Notes: generated by a model from the letters alone, not told the origin. Shown: positions 9,035-19,876, counted from the first letter of the stretch. The stretch: DNA of 64,000 bases from Candidatus Methanoperedenaceae archaeon (GCA_963753595.1 CAVWCX010000001.1:1-64000); one strand, 5' to 3'. Numbers and translations: made by a program.

Positions 9035-10492
9035 ATGCAAGCAATCACATCAGCCCGCATGGCAGCCATAGACGCAAATTGTGAATACCTGGGGATAAAA
9101 CGTCTCCAACTCATGGAAAATGCCGGCGCTGCGGTTGCTAATGCTGTAAAAGAAAGAATAGGCTCTGGAAAGGTTGTGATCATTGCAGGCAGGGGAAATA
9201 ATGGCGGTGATGCTTTCGTTGCTGCGCGGCATCTGGGTGGCTATGATGTCACTGTTATCCTCATTGGAAAAAAAGAGGAGATCAAAACACCAGAAGCACT
9301 GCATAACTGGAATGCTCTTGAAAAAATATCAATTCCGCTCATCGAAGCCGCGAATTCAAACGCTTTTGATCCTTCCATATTAAAAAATGCAAAAGTAATA
9401 ATTGATGGGATATTTGGGACCGGGGTGCGAGGGAAGATCCATGAGCCTGACTCCACTATCATTGATCTGATAAACGGCTCCGGCGCTTTCGTGCTTTCAA
9501 TTGATGTGCCATCCGGTTTTGATCCTGATGGGGGGGAATTTGAGAAAGCAGTGCATGCAGGACTGACTCTTACGTTTCATAAAATGAAAACAGGTTTCCT
9601 TTCACAAAATGCCCCACAATATACAGGTGAAGTCCGTGTTGTTGATATCGGGATACCAATGGAAGCAGAATTTTTTGTCGGGCCGGGAGATATACAGCCC
9701 TTCTTGAAAAGACCTGTGATAAGCCACAAAGGCGACGCAGGAAGAGTCCTCGTGATCGGGGGCGGCCCCTATTCAGGAGCATCCGCGCTAGCGGCTCTTG
9801 GAGCGCTTCGGGCTGGCGCGGACATTGTAACAGTGGCTGCGCCAAAGAATGTTTCGGATATCATAGCCTCATTTTCTCCAAATCTCATTGTAAAAAAGCT
9901 TACCGGGGATATACTTGTAGAAGATGATGTGCCGATTATTTCCAAGCTTATTGAAAAACACGATGTGGTCGTTATGGGTATGGGTCTTGGGAATGCATAT
10001 GAGACCCGTCTGGCTATTGAAAAAATAGTGCCATTATGCAGGAAAGCAGTAATTGACGCTGATGCCCTGTCCCTGGAATTGGTACCTCTACTTAATAAAA
10101 ATATGATCCTGACGCCCCATGCCGGTGAAATGAAACGGTTGACTGGAATTGATGTTCCGTTTGGGCAGAGGGAAAGAATTGAATTCATAAAAAATTTTGC
10201 ACAAAAAAATGAAGTCACAGTATTATTAAAAGGTGCAATAGACCTAATTTCTGATTGGCTGGAAGTCAGAGCTAACAGGACAGGCAATGCAGGCATGACC
10301 GTTGGCGGAACAGGAGATGTCCTTGCGGGCCTGGCAGGAGCCCTTTTTGCAAGATGCAATTCACCTCTTGAAGCCGCTGCTTGCGCAGCATTCATTAACG
10401 GAGCTGCAGGCGACATGGCATATAAGGAATTTGGGTATGGTCTTCTGGCGACAGATATCATTGATCTTATCCCGGCGGTTATGAAAGCATGA
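9035..10492 (+). CDS. nnr: Bifunctional NAD(P)HX epimerase/dehydratase
   Basis: LMENAG, GNNGGD, DGIFGTG, HKGDAG, TPHAGE, GGTGDVLAG; start at MQAITS. Confidence 0.95.
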   Translation: MQAITSARMAAIDANCEYLGIKRLQLMENAGAAVANAVKERIGSGKVVIIAGRGNNGGDAFVAARHLGGYDVTVILIGKKEEIKTPEALHNWNALEKISIPLIEAANSNAFDPSILKNAKVIIDGIFGTGVRGKIHEPDSTIIDLINGSGAFVLSIDVPSGFDPDGGEFEKAVHAGLTLTFHKMKTGFLSQNAPQYTGEVRVVDIGIPMEAEFFVGPGDIQPFLKRPVISHKGDAGRVLVIGGGPYSGASALAALGALRAGADIVTVAAPKNVSDIIASFSPNLIVKKLTGDILVEDDVPIISKLIEKHDVVVMGMGLGNAYETRLAIEKIVPLCRKAVIDADALSLELVPLLNKNMILTPHAGEMKRLTGIDVPFGQRERIEFIKNFAQKNEVTVLLKGAIDLISDWLEVRANRTGNAGMTVGGTGDVLAGLAGALFARCNSPLEAAACAAFINGAAGDMAYKEFGYGLLATDIIDLIPAVMKA

Positions 10493-10959
10493 AATTCTCA
10501 CATATCGAAGATGGCAGGGCTAAAATGGTTGATATCAGTGAAAAACACGATCTTTTCAGACGTGCAACAGCCACCGGTGTGATACAATTAAAGCCGGAAA
10601 CAATTGCAGCTATCAGGAATATGGAAATTGGGAAGGGGCCAGTTCTTGAGACTGCACGCATCGCATCTGTTATAGCGATAAAAAATACTTCCTCAGTGAT
10701 CCCGATGTGTCACCAAATAGCGATAACAGGAATTGATGTTCAATTTGATCTTGGAATTGAAAACGTGGTAGTGACAGTTGAGGTAAAATCCCTTGGGAAA
10801 ACCGGGGTTGAAATGGAAGCGCTTCATGGAGTAAGCGTAGCGCTCCTGACAATATGGGATATGGTAAAATCAGTGGAAAAAGACAAAACAGGGAACTATC
10901 CATCTACAGCGATCAAAAATATCCATGTAATTGAAAAGATCAAACAAAAAATTGAATAG
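10489..10959 (+). CDS. moaC: Cyclic pyranopterin monophosphate synthase
   Basis: MVDISEK, IPMCH, TGVEMEAL, WDMVKS. Confidence 0.96.
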   Translation: MKFSHIEDGRAKMVDISEKHDLFRRATATGVIQLKPETIAAIRNMEIGKGPVLETARIASVIAIKNTSSVIPMCHQIAITGIDVQFDLGIENVVVTVEVKSLGKTGVEMEALHGVSVALLTIWDMVKSVEKDKTGNYPSTAIKNIHVIEKIKQKIE

Positions 10960-10961
10960 GG

Positions 10962-11041
10962 TGCAGGCCAAGCGCCTAATAAAAACGATGGGTCGAAGGA
11001 GACTGAGGGTACTAAAGGCATTAGGCGCCTGATCCTACAGC
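10962..11041 (-). ncRNA. Putative sRNA copy 1 (variant 3' stem)
   Basis: Long stem preserved via G-U pairs on the minus strand; TATTAAATA 22 nt upstream. Confidence 0.65.
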
Positions 11042-11173
11042 AATATTCATGATGATTCAATAGTATTTAATATTAACTGTTTTATTCTTCAATATGAATA
11101 ATTATAATTATTATCATAACAATTGTTCTAAAGTAATACAGAAAACCGGAGAAATCTGTTTTTAGAAAAATGG

Positions 11174-11255
11174 TGTAGTTTTCAGGCGCCTAATAAAAAC
11201 GATGGGTCGAAGGAGACTGAGGGTACTAAAGGCATTAGGCGCCTGATCCTACAGC
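11174..11255 (-). ncRNA. Putative sRNA copy 2
   Basis: CAGGCGCCTAAT/ATTAGGCGCCTG stem, CU-rich loop, TATA upstream, T5 tract downstream. Confidence 0.65.
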
Positions 11256-11387
11256 AATATTCATGATGATTTAATAGTATTTAATATTAACTGTTTTATT
11301 CTTCGATATGAATAATTATAATTATTATCATAATAATTGTTCTAAAGTAATACAGAAAACCGGAGAAATCTGTTTTTAGAAAAATGG

Positions 11388-11469
11388 TGTAGTTTTCAGG
11401 CGCCTAATAAAAACGATGGGTCGAAGGAGACTGAGGGTACTAAAGGCATTAGGCGCCTGATCCTACAGC
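11388..11469 (-). ncRNA. Putative sRNA copy 3
   Basis: Same core as copy 2. Confidence 0.65.
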
Positions 11470-11601
11470 AATATTCATGATGATTTAATAGTATTTAATA
11501 TTAACTGTTTTATTCTTCGATATGAATAATTATAATTATTATCATAATAATTGTTCTAAAGTAACAAAGAAAACCGGAGAAATCTGTTTTTAGAAATATG
11601 G

Positions 11602-11683
11602 TGTAGTTTTCAGGCGCCTAATAAAAACGATGGGTCGAAGGAGACTGAGGGTACTAAAGGCATTAGGCGCCTGATCCTACAGC
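11602..11683 (-). ncRNA. Putative sRNA copy 4
   Basis: Same core; diverged upstream sequence still has TATTAAATA at the same 22-nt spacing. Confidence 0.65.
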
Positions 11684-11758
11684 AATGCGTATAATGTTCT
11701 GCTACTATTTAATATTTGCCCATATATTCTTTAAAAAGAATAATTATTATTATGCTCA

Positions 11759-13003
11759 TTATGAACGGGTACTTCGAGTTAGCTCGCCTGCGATATTAGT
11801 ATGCATCATGGCTTTTACTGTTTCAATGTCCTGTGTCTGCCCCAACACCCACATTAATTTTACAAGAGCTACCTCGGACAGCATATCTTCACTTTCGATC
11901 GCACCCGCTTTAAGGATATCCCTGCCCGTATCATAAACACGATCGCATACCCTTCCGTTTATGCATTGTGAAGTAATGACCACCGGGATACCGGCATCCG
12001 TAACTGTTTTTATAAGGGGGATCCATTCTGTAGAAACATGTCCAAGACCAGTACCTTCAATTACAATTCCCCTGTATCCGGAACCTGAATGGAATAAAAG
12101 AGATTCATTACTTGCTCCCGTAACATATTTTATCAGGGCGCATTTCGATTCCAGTTTTTCATGTATCGCAAGTTTTTTTTCGCCTCTTTTTACAAACGAA
12201 GAAACCATTTTAATTTCCCTTGATGGATATTCCACGCGTCCTATGGGGCGCGCGTTGATCGATTGGAAAGCGTCGCGTCGTGAGGTATGCATCTTGCGGA
12301 CTTTTGTTCCCCTGTGGATATAACAGAAATCATCACTCGTAGAGCCATGCATAACTACGCATACCTCTGCGATGTCACTTGTTGCGACTTTAGCTGCGCA
12401 TATTGCATTCATGGCATTATCGCTGCTTGGCCTGTCAGCGCTTCGCTGGGAGCCAACAAGCACAATGGGAACAGGTGTATCGATCATAAAAGAAAGCGCG
12501 GCAGCAGTATACATCATGGTATCTGTGCCATGGGTGATAATAACACCATCCGCGCCGTTCTTTATTTCTTCATATACGGCGCGTGCAAGCTCCACCCAGT
12601 AGGAAGGCCGCATGTTCTCACTCAGGATGCTGTAGATCATCCTGCAATTATAATTTGCCATTTCTTCAAGTTCCGGGATCGCGGAAAGGACGTCGTTTGC
12701 TGAAAATTGTGACGTTACGGCCCCGGTGCGGTAATCTATCTTGCTTGCAATGGTTCCGCCAGTTGAAAGAATGGAGATTTTAGGAAGATCTCCTTTTTTT
12801 TCCTTTTGCACCGTTTGCGTACGGGATATTTTTTCTTCTTTCTTATCAAGCAGGATCAAGGATGCTGATTCTTTTTTTATTCCGATATTATACCCATTTT
12901 TTAATTTTAAAACAATCCTGTCTGTTTGTGAGGGCATTAGTGTCCCTTCATATTTCACACCATTAGTTTCCACACTGACTTTATCGTAAATTTCTGCTTG
13001 CAT
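11759..13003 (-). CDS. gatD: Glu-tRNA(Gln) amidotransferase subunit D
   Basis: [11 protein letters not shown]-domain, [32 protein letters not shown]. Confidence 0.97.
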   Translation of the reverse strand: MQAEIYDKVSVETNGVKYEGTLMPSQTDRIVLKLKNGYNIGIKKESASLILLDKKEEKISRTQTVQKEKKGDLPKISILSTGGTIASKIDYRTGAVTSQFSANDVLSAIPELEEMANYNCRMIYSILSENMRPSYWVELARAVYEEIKNGADGVIITHGTDTMMYTAAALSFMIDTPVPIVLVGSQRSADRPSSDNAMNAICAAKVATSDIAEVCVVMHGSTSDDFCYIHRGTKVRKMHTSRRDAFQSINARPIGRVEYPSREIKMVSSFVKRGEKKLAIHEKLESKCALIKYVTGASNESLLFHSGSGYRGIVIEGTGLGHVSTEWIPLIKTVTDAGIPVVITSQCINGRVCDRVYDTGRDILKAGAIESEDMLSEVALVKLMWVLGQTQDIETVKAMMHTNIAGELTRSTRS

Positions 13004-13110
13004 GATAATCCCTGGTTCTTATTTCATAATAGCCATAGATAATAAAAAACTTGTGTTAACCAATACTCTTATGGTTTAGCAGGGCAGAAATATACGAACG
13101 GGAGGTTTTT

Positions 13111-13293
13111 ATGTCAGCTCATAATAAAAGAAAGACATATTCTGAAAAATGTCCGGTATGCGGTGGTGAGGATCATCCGCTGGTTGATGAGACTATATGT
13201 TTTGATGAACTTGGGCCCAATATTCCGCTCCTTGCCGAGGTCACCCCAGGCCACTGGTTAAAAGTAGTTGAAAGAAAGCCGGCGAAAACATAA
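13111..13293 (+). CDS. Small CPxCG metal-binding protein
   Basis: GGAGG RBS; CPVCGG..H. Confidence 0.7.
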   Translation: MSAHNKRKTYSEKCPVCGGEDHPLVDETICFDELGPNIPLLAEVTPGHWLKVVERKPAKT

Positions 13294-13325
13294 ACATTAA
13301 TTAGATAGTATGATAACTTGGGGAT

Positions 13326-14369
13326 ATGGTAAGAGTAATCGGCATAGACCCGGGAACAAAAAGTTTTGATTTTTGCGGTCTTGATGATGAAAAAATAATT
13401 CTGGATATTTCAATATCCACGAAGGAAATAAACAAAGAGCCTGAGCTGGTCTCAAATATCATAAAAGAAACAAGGGCAGACCTCATTGTTGGGCCTTCAG
13501 GCTTTGGCATTCCGATCACTGACATAAAAGATATAGGTGAGAGGGAATTATTTCTTATGTCGCTTATTAAGAAAGATGACCGCAAAAGTCTCCTGGGGCT
13601 TCGTACATCCATAAAGCGGATACAACTCAACAAACTCCCTGTCTTTTTTATTCCGGGGGTAATACACCTTCCTACGGTCCCATCATACAGGAAGTTAAAT
13701 AAGATCGATATGGGTACAGCGGATAAACTATGCTGTGCCGCTCTCGGGATCCGTGACCAGGCGTTAAAGTATAATATCGGATACAACGAAACTTCATTCA
13801 TATTGCTTGAAATGGGATTCGGCTATACTGCGGCACTTGCAGTTAATAATGGAAAAATCGTGGATGGTATCGGTGGAAGTACGGGTAGTATCGGTTTTCT
13901 CTCACTCGGGGGAATGGATGCTGAGCTTGCTTATCTTCTGGGTGGTTTTAATAAGGAACTTGTTTTTAAGGGAGGAGTTGAGAAACTAATAGGGACGCCG
14001 GAAGAACTGATGGGTAACGATGATGCCTTGAATGCATATCTTGAAGGCGCAATTAAAGATGTCCTGCAGCTTACGGCATCTGTTGATCCGCGGGAGATAC
14101 TTGTTTCTGGCAGGATATCAAGAGTCGAGGGTCTTTTTGAAGAATTAGAACGCCGGCTTGATATTGCGCCCGTCAGGCGAATAGTTGGTTTTGGTACAAA
14201 AAACGTCAAGGAGGCTGCGCAGGGTGCTGCGATCATTGCAAACGGGCTTGCGGGCGGGAACTATTCGAAACTTATTGAAACGCTGCAGATAAAGGAAGCT
14301 AAAGGAACGTCACTGGATCATATATTATTGCCTGAAATAGAAGCACTGAAAAATGAATATGGGATTTGA
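13326..14369 (+). CDS. DUF1464 family ASKHA/butyrate-kinase-like protein
   Basis: GIDPGTKSFD, GPSGFG, NKIDMGTADK, KEAAQGAA. Confidence 0.88.
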   Translation: MVRVIGIDPGTKSFDFCGLDDEKIILDISISTKEINKEPELVSNIIKETRADLIVGPSGFGIPITDIKDIGERELFLMSLIKKDDRKSLLGLRTSIKRIQLNKLPVFFIPGVIHLPTVPSYRKLNKIDMGTADKLCCAALGIRDQALKYNIGYNETSFILLEMGFGYTAALAVNNGKIVDGIGGSTGSIGFLSLGGMDAELAYLLGGFNKELVFKGGVEKLIGTPEELMGNDDALNAYLEGAIKDVLQLTASVDPREILVSGRISRVEGLFEELERRLDIAPVRRIVGFGTKNVKEAAQGAAIIANGLAGGNYSKLIETLQIKEAKGTSLDHILLPEIEALKNEYGI

Positions 14370-14415
14370 GGCACAAAGGTTTTTAAACGAACAAAACATC
14401 TTGGAGTTCCGCGCT

Positions 14416-14490
14416 GGGCTCGTGGCTTAGCTTGGATATAGCGCCGGGCTTCTAACCCGGATGTCGAGGGTTCGAATCCCTCCGGGCCCG
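14416..14490 (+). tRNA. tRNA-Arg(TCT)
   Basis: Anticodon arm CCGGG-CTTCTAA-CCCGG, GGTTCGAATCC T-arm, acceptor GGGCTCG/CGGGCCC. Confidence 0.96.
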
Positions 14491-14523
14491 CTGAAAAATA
14501 TATCCTGGCAAAAAATCAAAAGC

Positions 14524-14595
14524 GCCTCGGTGGCTTAGAGGTATAGCGCGTCCTTGGTAAGGACGAGGTCGAGGGTTCAATTCCCTCCCGGGGCT
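14524..14595 (+). tRNA. tRNA-Thr(GGT)
   Basis: CGTCC-TTGGTAA-GGACG, GGTTCAATTCC, acceptor GCCTCGG/CCGGGGC. Confidence 0.96.
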
Positions 14596-14625
14596 TCATA
14601 CAATTCTTATTCTTCCGTGCTGCAA

Positions 14626-15429
14626 CTACTGTGAAACAAGTCCTCCATCCACGACCATCGGATGACCTATGACAAACGAAGCAGCATCTGAGCACAGCCA
14701 TACCACAGCCTCAGCTACCTCTTCCGGTGTGCCCATTCGTCCAACTGGTTCAAGTCCGATGAACGGCGCTTCAGCCTCTGGTTTGCCGCCTGTGACCCTT
14801 TCTACCATCGGCGTGCGGATAACGCCAGGGCATACGGCGTTAACACGAATACCTCTGGCTGCATACTCCAGAGCAGCTGCGCGCGTTAGCTGAATTATGC
14901 CGCCTTTTGATGCACAGTAGGCAGGCATGTCCCTGAAACCTACAAACCCGGCTACAGACGATGTATTGACTATGGCTCCGCCTTTCTGCCTTAGCATCTG
15001 TGGAATTTCGTACTTCATGCACAGCCACACACCTTTAAGATTGATGTCGATAACACGATCCCAGTTCTCCTCGGTGCAGTCTGCTGTAGAGGCGCTGGCC
15101 CCCTCGATACCTGCGTTATTGTGGGCGCAGTCCAATCTTTTGTAGGTACTGACCGCTGTGCTGATCAATTTCTCAACATCGCAAGCCTTTGACACGTCAG
15201 CTTTAACGAATATGGCTTCACAGCCTATATCTTTGATCATCCTCGCTGTTTCCTCTGCGCCAATGACTTGCACATCAGCCACCACGACTTTTGCCCCTTC
15301 CCTGGCAAACGCCAGCGCAGAAGCTCTTCCGATCCCGGAACCTCCACCAGTCACAAGTGCAACTTTGCCCTCTAAAGACCCAGCTGAAGCCTCCTTTGTA
15401 TTTAATATATCTTGCCCAGCTTTTTCCAT
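14626..15429 (-). CDS. Classical SDR oxidoreductase
   Basis: TGGGSGIG, NNAG, YCASK, VNAVCPG. Confidence 0.93.
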   Translation of the reverse strand: MEKAGQDILNTKEASAGSLEGKVALVTGGGSGIGRASALAFAREGAKVVVADVQVIGAEETARMIKDIGCEAIFVKADVSKACDVEKLISTAVSTYKRLDCAHNNAGIEGASASTADCTEENWDRVIDINLKGVWLCMKYEIPQMLRQKGGAIVNTSSVAGFVGFRDMPAYCASKGGIIQLTRAAALEYAARGIRVNAVCPGVIRTPMVERVTGGKPEAEAPFIGLEPVGRMGTPEEVAEAVVWLCSDAASFVIGHPMVVDGGLVSQ

Positions 15430-15500
15430 AATTACTCCTCCCTTATAGAACATCTATTCCCATCCGGCTTATAATTTTCCCGGCTTGATGTTCTGGTTCA

Positions 15501-15851
15501 TTAATTTTCTTTAACTCGAAATATAACCATTTTTTTCACTAAATCATAAGGAATCGGCTCCTTTATCGGGAATTGTACCGAGCCTTTTGCTCCTTTATAT
15601 AGTGATAATTCTTCTTTGAATGCTTCAATTCCAGAGGATGTCGGATAAAATCCGATATGATTTTTGAACGCGGCGAAATGTACTAAATTTTTTCCGTTTA
15701 GTTTGAATGTGGGGATTTGATAGCTAATTGCCTCTACAGCTTCAGGTGCTGCTTTTTTTATCGTCTGCCTCATTTTTTCAAGAATACCTTGAACATCCTC
15801 AGGAAAGGTTTTGATGTATTCATCAATAGTCTTGAATTGTTTATTAGTCAT
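15501..15851 (-). CDS. DUF1801/YdhG family protein
   Basis: TIDEYI, EAISYQIPTF, FAAFKNHIGFYP, KGSVQFP. Confidence 0.88.
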   Translation of the reverse strand: MTNKQFKTIDEYIKTFPEDVQGILEKMRQTIKKAAPEAVEAISYQIPTFKLNGKNLVHFAAFKNHIGFYPTSSGIEAFKEELSLYKGAKGSVQFPIKEPIPYDLVKKMVIFRVKEN

Positions 15852-15864
15852 GCGTTTATTTCGC

Positions 15865-16195
15865 TCATTTCGGATAGGTGTAAATCACCATCCACTGCAC
15901 TCCGAACTTATCTTTAAAACTGCCGTAGTAGTCGCCCCACGGCTGATCGGAAATCGGCATCTCTATCGTGCCGCCAGCGGAAAGAGCGTTAAAAATCCTG
16001 TTCGCCTCTTCTTTGCTTTCCGGGTGGACTGAAATGTAAACATTGTTGCCTTGCATCAGTTTCATGCCGAGCGACTCAAGAGAATCGGTTGCCATTAACA
16101 CGTTGTCTTTGCCAACGGGCAAGCTGATATGCATGATTTTGTTTTCGTCATTTTTTGGGATATTTACGCCTTCCATCGGCATATCCTTGAAGTGT
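15865..16195 (-). pseudogene. 5'-truncated PhnB/VOC family gene
   Basis: KIMHISL, LMATD, WGDYYG..KDKFGVQWM present; N-terminal part missing, FKDMP directly follows the AAGGAG RBS. Confidence 0.7.
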
Positions 16196-16227
16196 TTTCT
16201 CCTTAACTCTTGATTTTGAACCTTTAT

Positions 16228-16734
16228 TTATCGCCCTTCGTATGCCTGTTTTAGAGTTTTTATATCAATCTTTTTCATTTTGAGCATCGCCTGCATTACG
16301 CGATCAGCTTTCTCTTGATCCGGGTCATTGAGCAAGCGCGGCAGGGCAGTGGGAATAATTTGCCAGGAAAAGCCGTATTTGTCTTGAAGCCAACCGCACT
16401 GCCGGGCTTTCGGATCGCCGCCCTCTTTGAGCTTATCCCAATAATAGTCAACTTCTTCCTGCTTTTCGCATTCAACATAGAAAGATATTGCGCTTGATGG
16501 CTTAAAGAACGGACCACCGTCGAGGGCCATAAACCTTTGCCCCTCCAATTCAAACACAGCTGTGAGGATTTTTCCCTCCATCCCTTTCATCGGTTCCTCC
16601 AAAGGGCCCTCAGGATAACGTTTGATACTTACAATATTAGAATTCTTGAAAACTGAGGTATAAAAATTCACCGCCTCTTCGGCGTTTTTATCAAACCATA
16701 AGAAGGGAGTAATTTTTTGTTTGATGGTTGCCAT
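16228..16734 (-). CDS. VOC family (PhnB/3-demethylubiquinone-9 methyltransferase-like) protein
   Basis: KITPFLWF, QCGWLQDKYGFSWQI, MLKMKKID. Confidence 0.9.
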   Translation of the reverse strand: MATIKQKITPFLWFDKNAEEAVNFYTSVFKNSNIVSIKRYPEGPLEEPMKGMEGKILTAVFELEGQRFMALDGGPFFKPSSAISFYVECEKQEEVDYYWDKLKEGGDPKARQCGWLQDKYGFSWQIIPTALPRLLNDPDQEKADRVMQAMLKMKKIDIKTLKQAYEGR

Positions 16735-16763
16735 AATTTTCCTCCTCTCGTTTCTCCTTAACT

Positions 16764-17195
16764 TTATTCCTCTGGAGATTGCATAGGCGCCGGTTGGAGC
16801 ATGCCCGCCCGGTTGCCTTCTGTGTCTATGAATGACACATAAAGTCCGACACCGGGAATGTCATCAGGTTTTCCCGGTACTTGTCCTCCCAGGACTTTTC
16901 CCCCTGCTTCTTTCACCTTTTTCATCGCTTCCTTAATATCGTCAACTGCAATGACGATTGACGGGTGCTGCGACAGGGGATCATCTGTCCTCTGGTAAAA
17001 GCCGCCGTTGATAGCGCCGGGTCTCCTGGGAAGAGTAGTTTTTTCATCACGTTCGGTGGTTGTGACCAGAACATACTCACCCATCTCTTTACCAAGTTGT
17101 TCTGTCTGCCAGCCAAAGGCTGTCTCATAAAACGTCCTCATGCGGCCTCTATCTTTTGCCGGCATTTCAAAATGTACGACTGGATTCATTTCCAT
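16764..17195 (-). CDS. VOC/glyoxalase-bleomycin resistance protein
   Basis: PVVHFEMP, GAINGG, FIDTEGN; GGAGG RBS. Confidence 0.9.
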   Translation of the reverse strand: MEMNPVVHFEMPAKDRGRMRTFYETAFGWQTEQLGKEMGEYVLVTTTERDEKTTLPRRPGAINGGFYQRTDDPLSQHPSIVIAVDDIKEAMKKVKEAGGKVLGGQVPGKPDDIPGVGLYVSFIDTEGNRAGMLQPAPMQSPEE

Positions 17196-17449
17196 ATAAA
17201 AACCTCCCATAATAAAATTATGAAGACCCACACATAAACGTTTCGAATGACTTTTCTTAACATTGCCCTTATCACTGAAAGTATCGGTGAAAAAACCAGA
17301 TTTCAAAAGATCGATCTTCTCAAATAGTGCCACCGCACTCAGAACAGGTCCATTTCTGTTTTTCAGTCCCAAAAAATGTTATTATACCAAAATTCTTAAT
17401 ATTTTCAAGATTCTCGACCATGCTCATATTGTATTTGATTCGATATCTT

Positions 17450-18061
17450 TTATCCATCATTCAAAGTTTCCATTCTACTTTTCCCTTTATTTTTTTGGGT
17501 ATACTGAAGCATGACGACCCCATTACTGAAGGTCTTAGCTTCAAGAAGCTTAAGGTCATGTTTTTGCCTGATATCCTTAAACAAAGGTTTTCCGTTTCCC
17601 AGGACAACAGGATGAAGTAATAAATGATACTCATCAATTAAGCCAAGATTTGTGAGTTGCTGCACAATACTGGCACTTCCAATGACCAGCATATTCTTAC
17701 CCTTCCCTTGCTTCATCTTCATTATTTCTTCAGGATTGATCTCTTTAAGAAGTCTTGAATTTTCCCATTCAACGCCTCTCATAGAATGAGAAAAAACAAT
17801 TTTGGTAATATTGTTGATCTTATGCGCCATTTCGATATCGCCCTGTGAGGTTGCCGGATTTGAAGCAGCCGTGGGCCAATAGCCCTCGAAAATCTTGTAC
17901 GTTGTTCTTCCAAGAAGCAGGGTGTCAGCATTGTCATAGAGATCGCTCTCATATTTTCCCATTTCATCGTTAAAAATACTCAGGACCCACTCCATTTTAT
18001 CTTCCGGATCGGACATGAGGCCGTCTAACGTGTAGAATTCTGATACAATTATTTTTCTCAT
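17450..18061 (-). CDS. Dihydrofolate reductase/RibD C-terminal family protein
   Basis: TLDG, LLGRTTY, GLIDEY.L..HPVVLGNG.PLF. Confidence 0.9.
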   Translation of the reverse strand: MRKIIVSEFYTLDGLMSDPEDKMEWVLSIFNDEMGKYESDLYDNADTLLLGRTTYKIFEGYWPTAASNPATSQGDIEMAHKINNITKIVFSHSMRGVEWENSRLLKEINPEEIMKMKQGKGKNMLVIGSASIVQQLTNLGLIDEYHLLLHPVVLGNGKPLFKDIRQKHDLKLLEAKTFSNGVVMLQYTQKNKGKSRMETLNDG

Positions 18062-18670
18062 GATGGTTTCCTCCCTTATTTCGATAGCGAAATTTGCTGA
18101 ATGTCTTTGCTTCGAGATTTTTTGCCCGACGTTTGCAAACAAAGGTTTCCCACAACCGTTAATGCTTACAAATGTCGCCCTTTTTCTCTTAAATATTGTT
18201 ATGATTTTAAGAGGTATTAATATATCTTTTGGCTGGATATAAAATCTTTTGGGTTAGAATATTTTCAAAGCTTCTTGAATTTATCAATAATTCGGATGCA
18301 TCTGGTTTGGATATTTTAAAGACATGATTTATTTTTCCATCCTCTAACTTTTTGACACCTCCGTTTTTGGAATAGGAGAAGACATGTTATTGATCCGAGT
18401 CATTTGATATCTGAATTGTATTATAAATGTGAGAATACACAAATTCTGTTTTTCCATGCCCCGATTTTGGCCTTACACTTATTATTTTGGTCTTTGTTGT
18501 TAAAGGATGCACACAACTTCCTTCATGTCAATTAAATATTTTAAATAGAAAAACCGTATAATGATGAAATTTTGCTTTATTCCGAAAAATCTACTATTTT
18601 TTTAAAAAGGTAGTAATTTTATATTGGTTCAATTTAATATGCTATTTGTTGCTGATATGGAGACAAAAGT

Positions 18671-19561
18671 GTGACCTTAGAAAAAAATCTGAATGAAATT
18701 TATTCTCGATACCACGGGGATATAAGATTAATAAAAGAATTTCTCGAAAATATCGACAAATTATTAACGCGAAGACAAAAATTGAGAAAAAAGGGTATTT
18801 CAGATTTTTCTGAAGAAGATAAAAAGGATTTAGAAAAATTTATAGAATTTATAGGAAGTTCTGTTGAAGATACGAAGCAAAAATCAACAGAAAACAGCCC
18901 GGGCGCTTCTACGGAAATGAATGGCACCACTGATACTAAGGTTACCCAAGAAACCACTAATAATAGATCTCTTACACTAAAATCCGATAAACTTGGTGAA
19001 TTAATTTTTGGATTAATAATTCCACTAAAACAGAAAACTTTTTTAGCAGAAATGACTCTGGCATATCTCATTTCATATCAGGAAGCATTCATTAAAGAAT
19101 ATATAAAGGAAATCATGATTTCTCGACGAGACCTTTTAAAAAATAAGAAAACAATTACTTTTGAAGAGATATGTGATTTTGATTCAATGAACTCACTAAT
19201 TTTACATATGGCTCAAGAAGATATAGATAAAACCCTTTATGGAGGGATCGATGATATTGCTGATTATCTCGATAAAAGGTTCGGTCTATCCCTGCAATCG
19301 GAATTTATAGATTGGAAGATAATTAGAGAAGCCAGTTATAGACGAAATTTAATAATTCATAATCAAGGAATCACGAATAAAATATATTGCTTTAAGACAG
19401 GGCATCAAAAAACCAACGAGCGTCTATTAACAGATATAAGTTACGTTCAAAATGCTACAAAAGCCGTATTTTCATTTTTTGATTTTATACATTCAAGAAT
19501 GCATGAGAAACTCGGAATGTCGCAACCAAAATTAATAAAGGTAACTCAGCGCAAAAAATGA
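18671..19561 (+). CDS. AT-rich hypothetical protein with C-terminal HEPN-like RxxxxH motif
   Basis: RRNLIIHNQG near C-terminus. Confidence 0.6.
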   Translation: MTLEKNLNEIYSRYHGDIRLIKEFLENIDKLLTRRQKLRKKGISDFSEEDKKDLEKFIEFIGSSVEDTKQKSTENSPGASTEMNGTTDTKVTQETTNNRSLTLKSDKLGELIFGLIIPLKQKTFLAEMTLAYLISYQEAFIKEYIKEIMISRRDLLKNKKTITFEEICDFDSMNSLILHMAQEDIDKTLYGGIDDIADYLDKRFGLSLQSEFIDWKIIREASYRRNLIIHNQGITNKIYCFKTGHQKTNERLLTDISYVQNATKAVFSFFDFIHSRMHEKLGMSQPKLIKVTQRKK

Positions 19562-19622
19562 TTCACATCGTTGAACAATCTAAATGATTATTTTACCAAA
19601 TTCAAGTTCGTATCTGCCGAAT

Positions 19623-19701
19623 CACGAGCCCCCTTTTCAAGCAACCCTTTTGCCCAGGCCTCCATCTTCTTCCAGGCATCCTCTTCGGGGAGTCTCACTC
19701 A
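19623..19701 (-). pseudogene. Decayed partial duplicate of the GyrI-like gene
   Basis: Near-identical to 21562-21645 (CACGAGCCCCCTTTTCAAGCAA...TCCATCTTCTTCCAGGCATCCTCTTCGGGG). Confidence 0.8.
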
Positions 19702-19876
19702 TATGTCAACTCCGGCGTTTTAGCGCCACAGCTTTTATTCTTATCTGGCTATTAAAATGATTTCGAAAAATCGGAACCATAGCTTTAATATAGTAATTTA
19801 TATATTGAATAGTTGCGATGATACTAAAACGTCTGGAGCTATTATTAAGCAGGAGAAAGAGAGGCCTGGAAAATTG

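Larger units (their letters stand above)
10962..11715. repeat. Tandem array, 214-bp period, four copies of an ~80-bp GC-rich hairpin core
   Basis: GCGCCTAAT begins at 10972, 11186, 11400 and 11614. Confidence 0.98.

Noticed and set aside
10962-11715. CRISPR array
   Set aside because: Units are 214 bp with near-identical spacers, and there are no cas genes in the window.
14524-14595. Intact integrative element at tRNA-Thr
   Set aside because: No integrase and no duplicated tRNA 3' end found by eye within the window.
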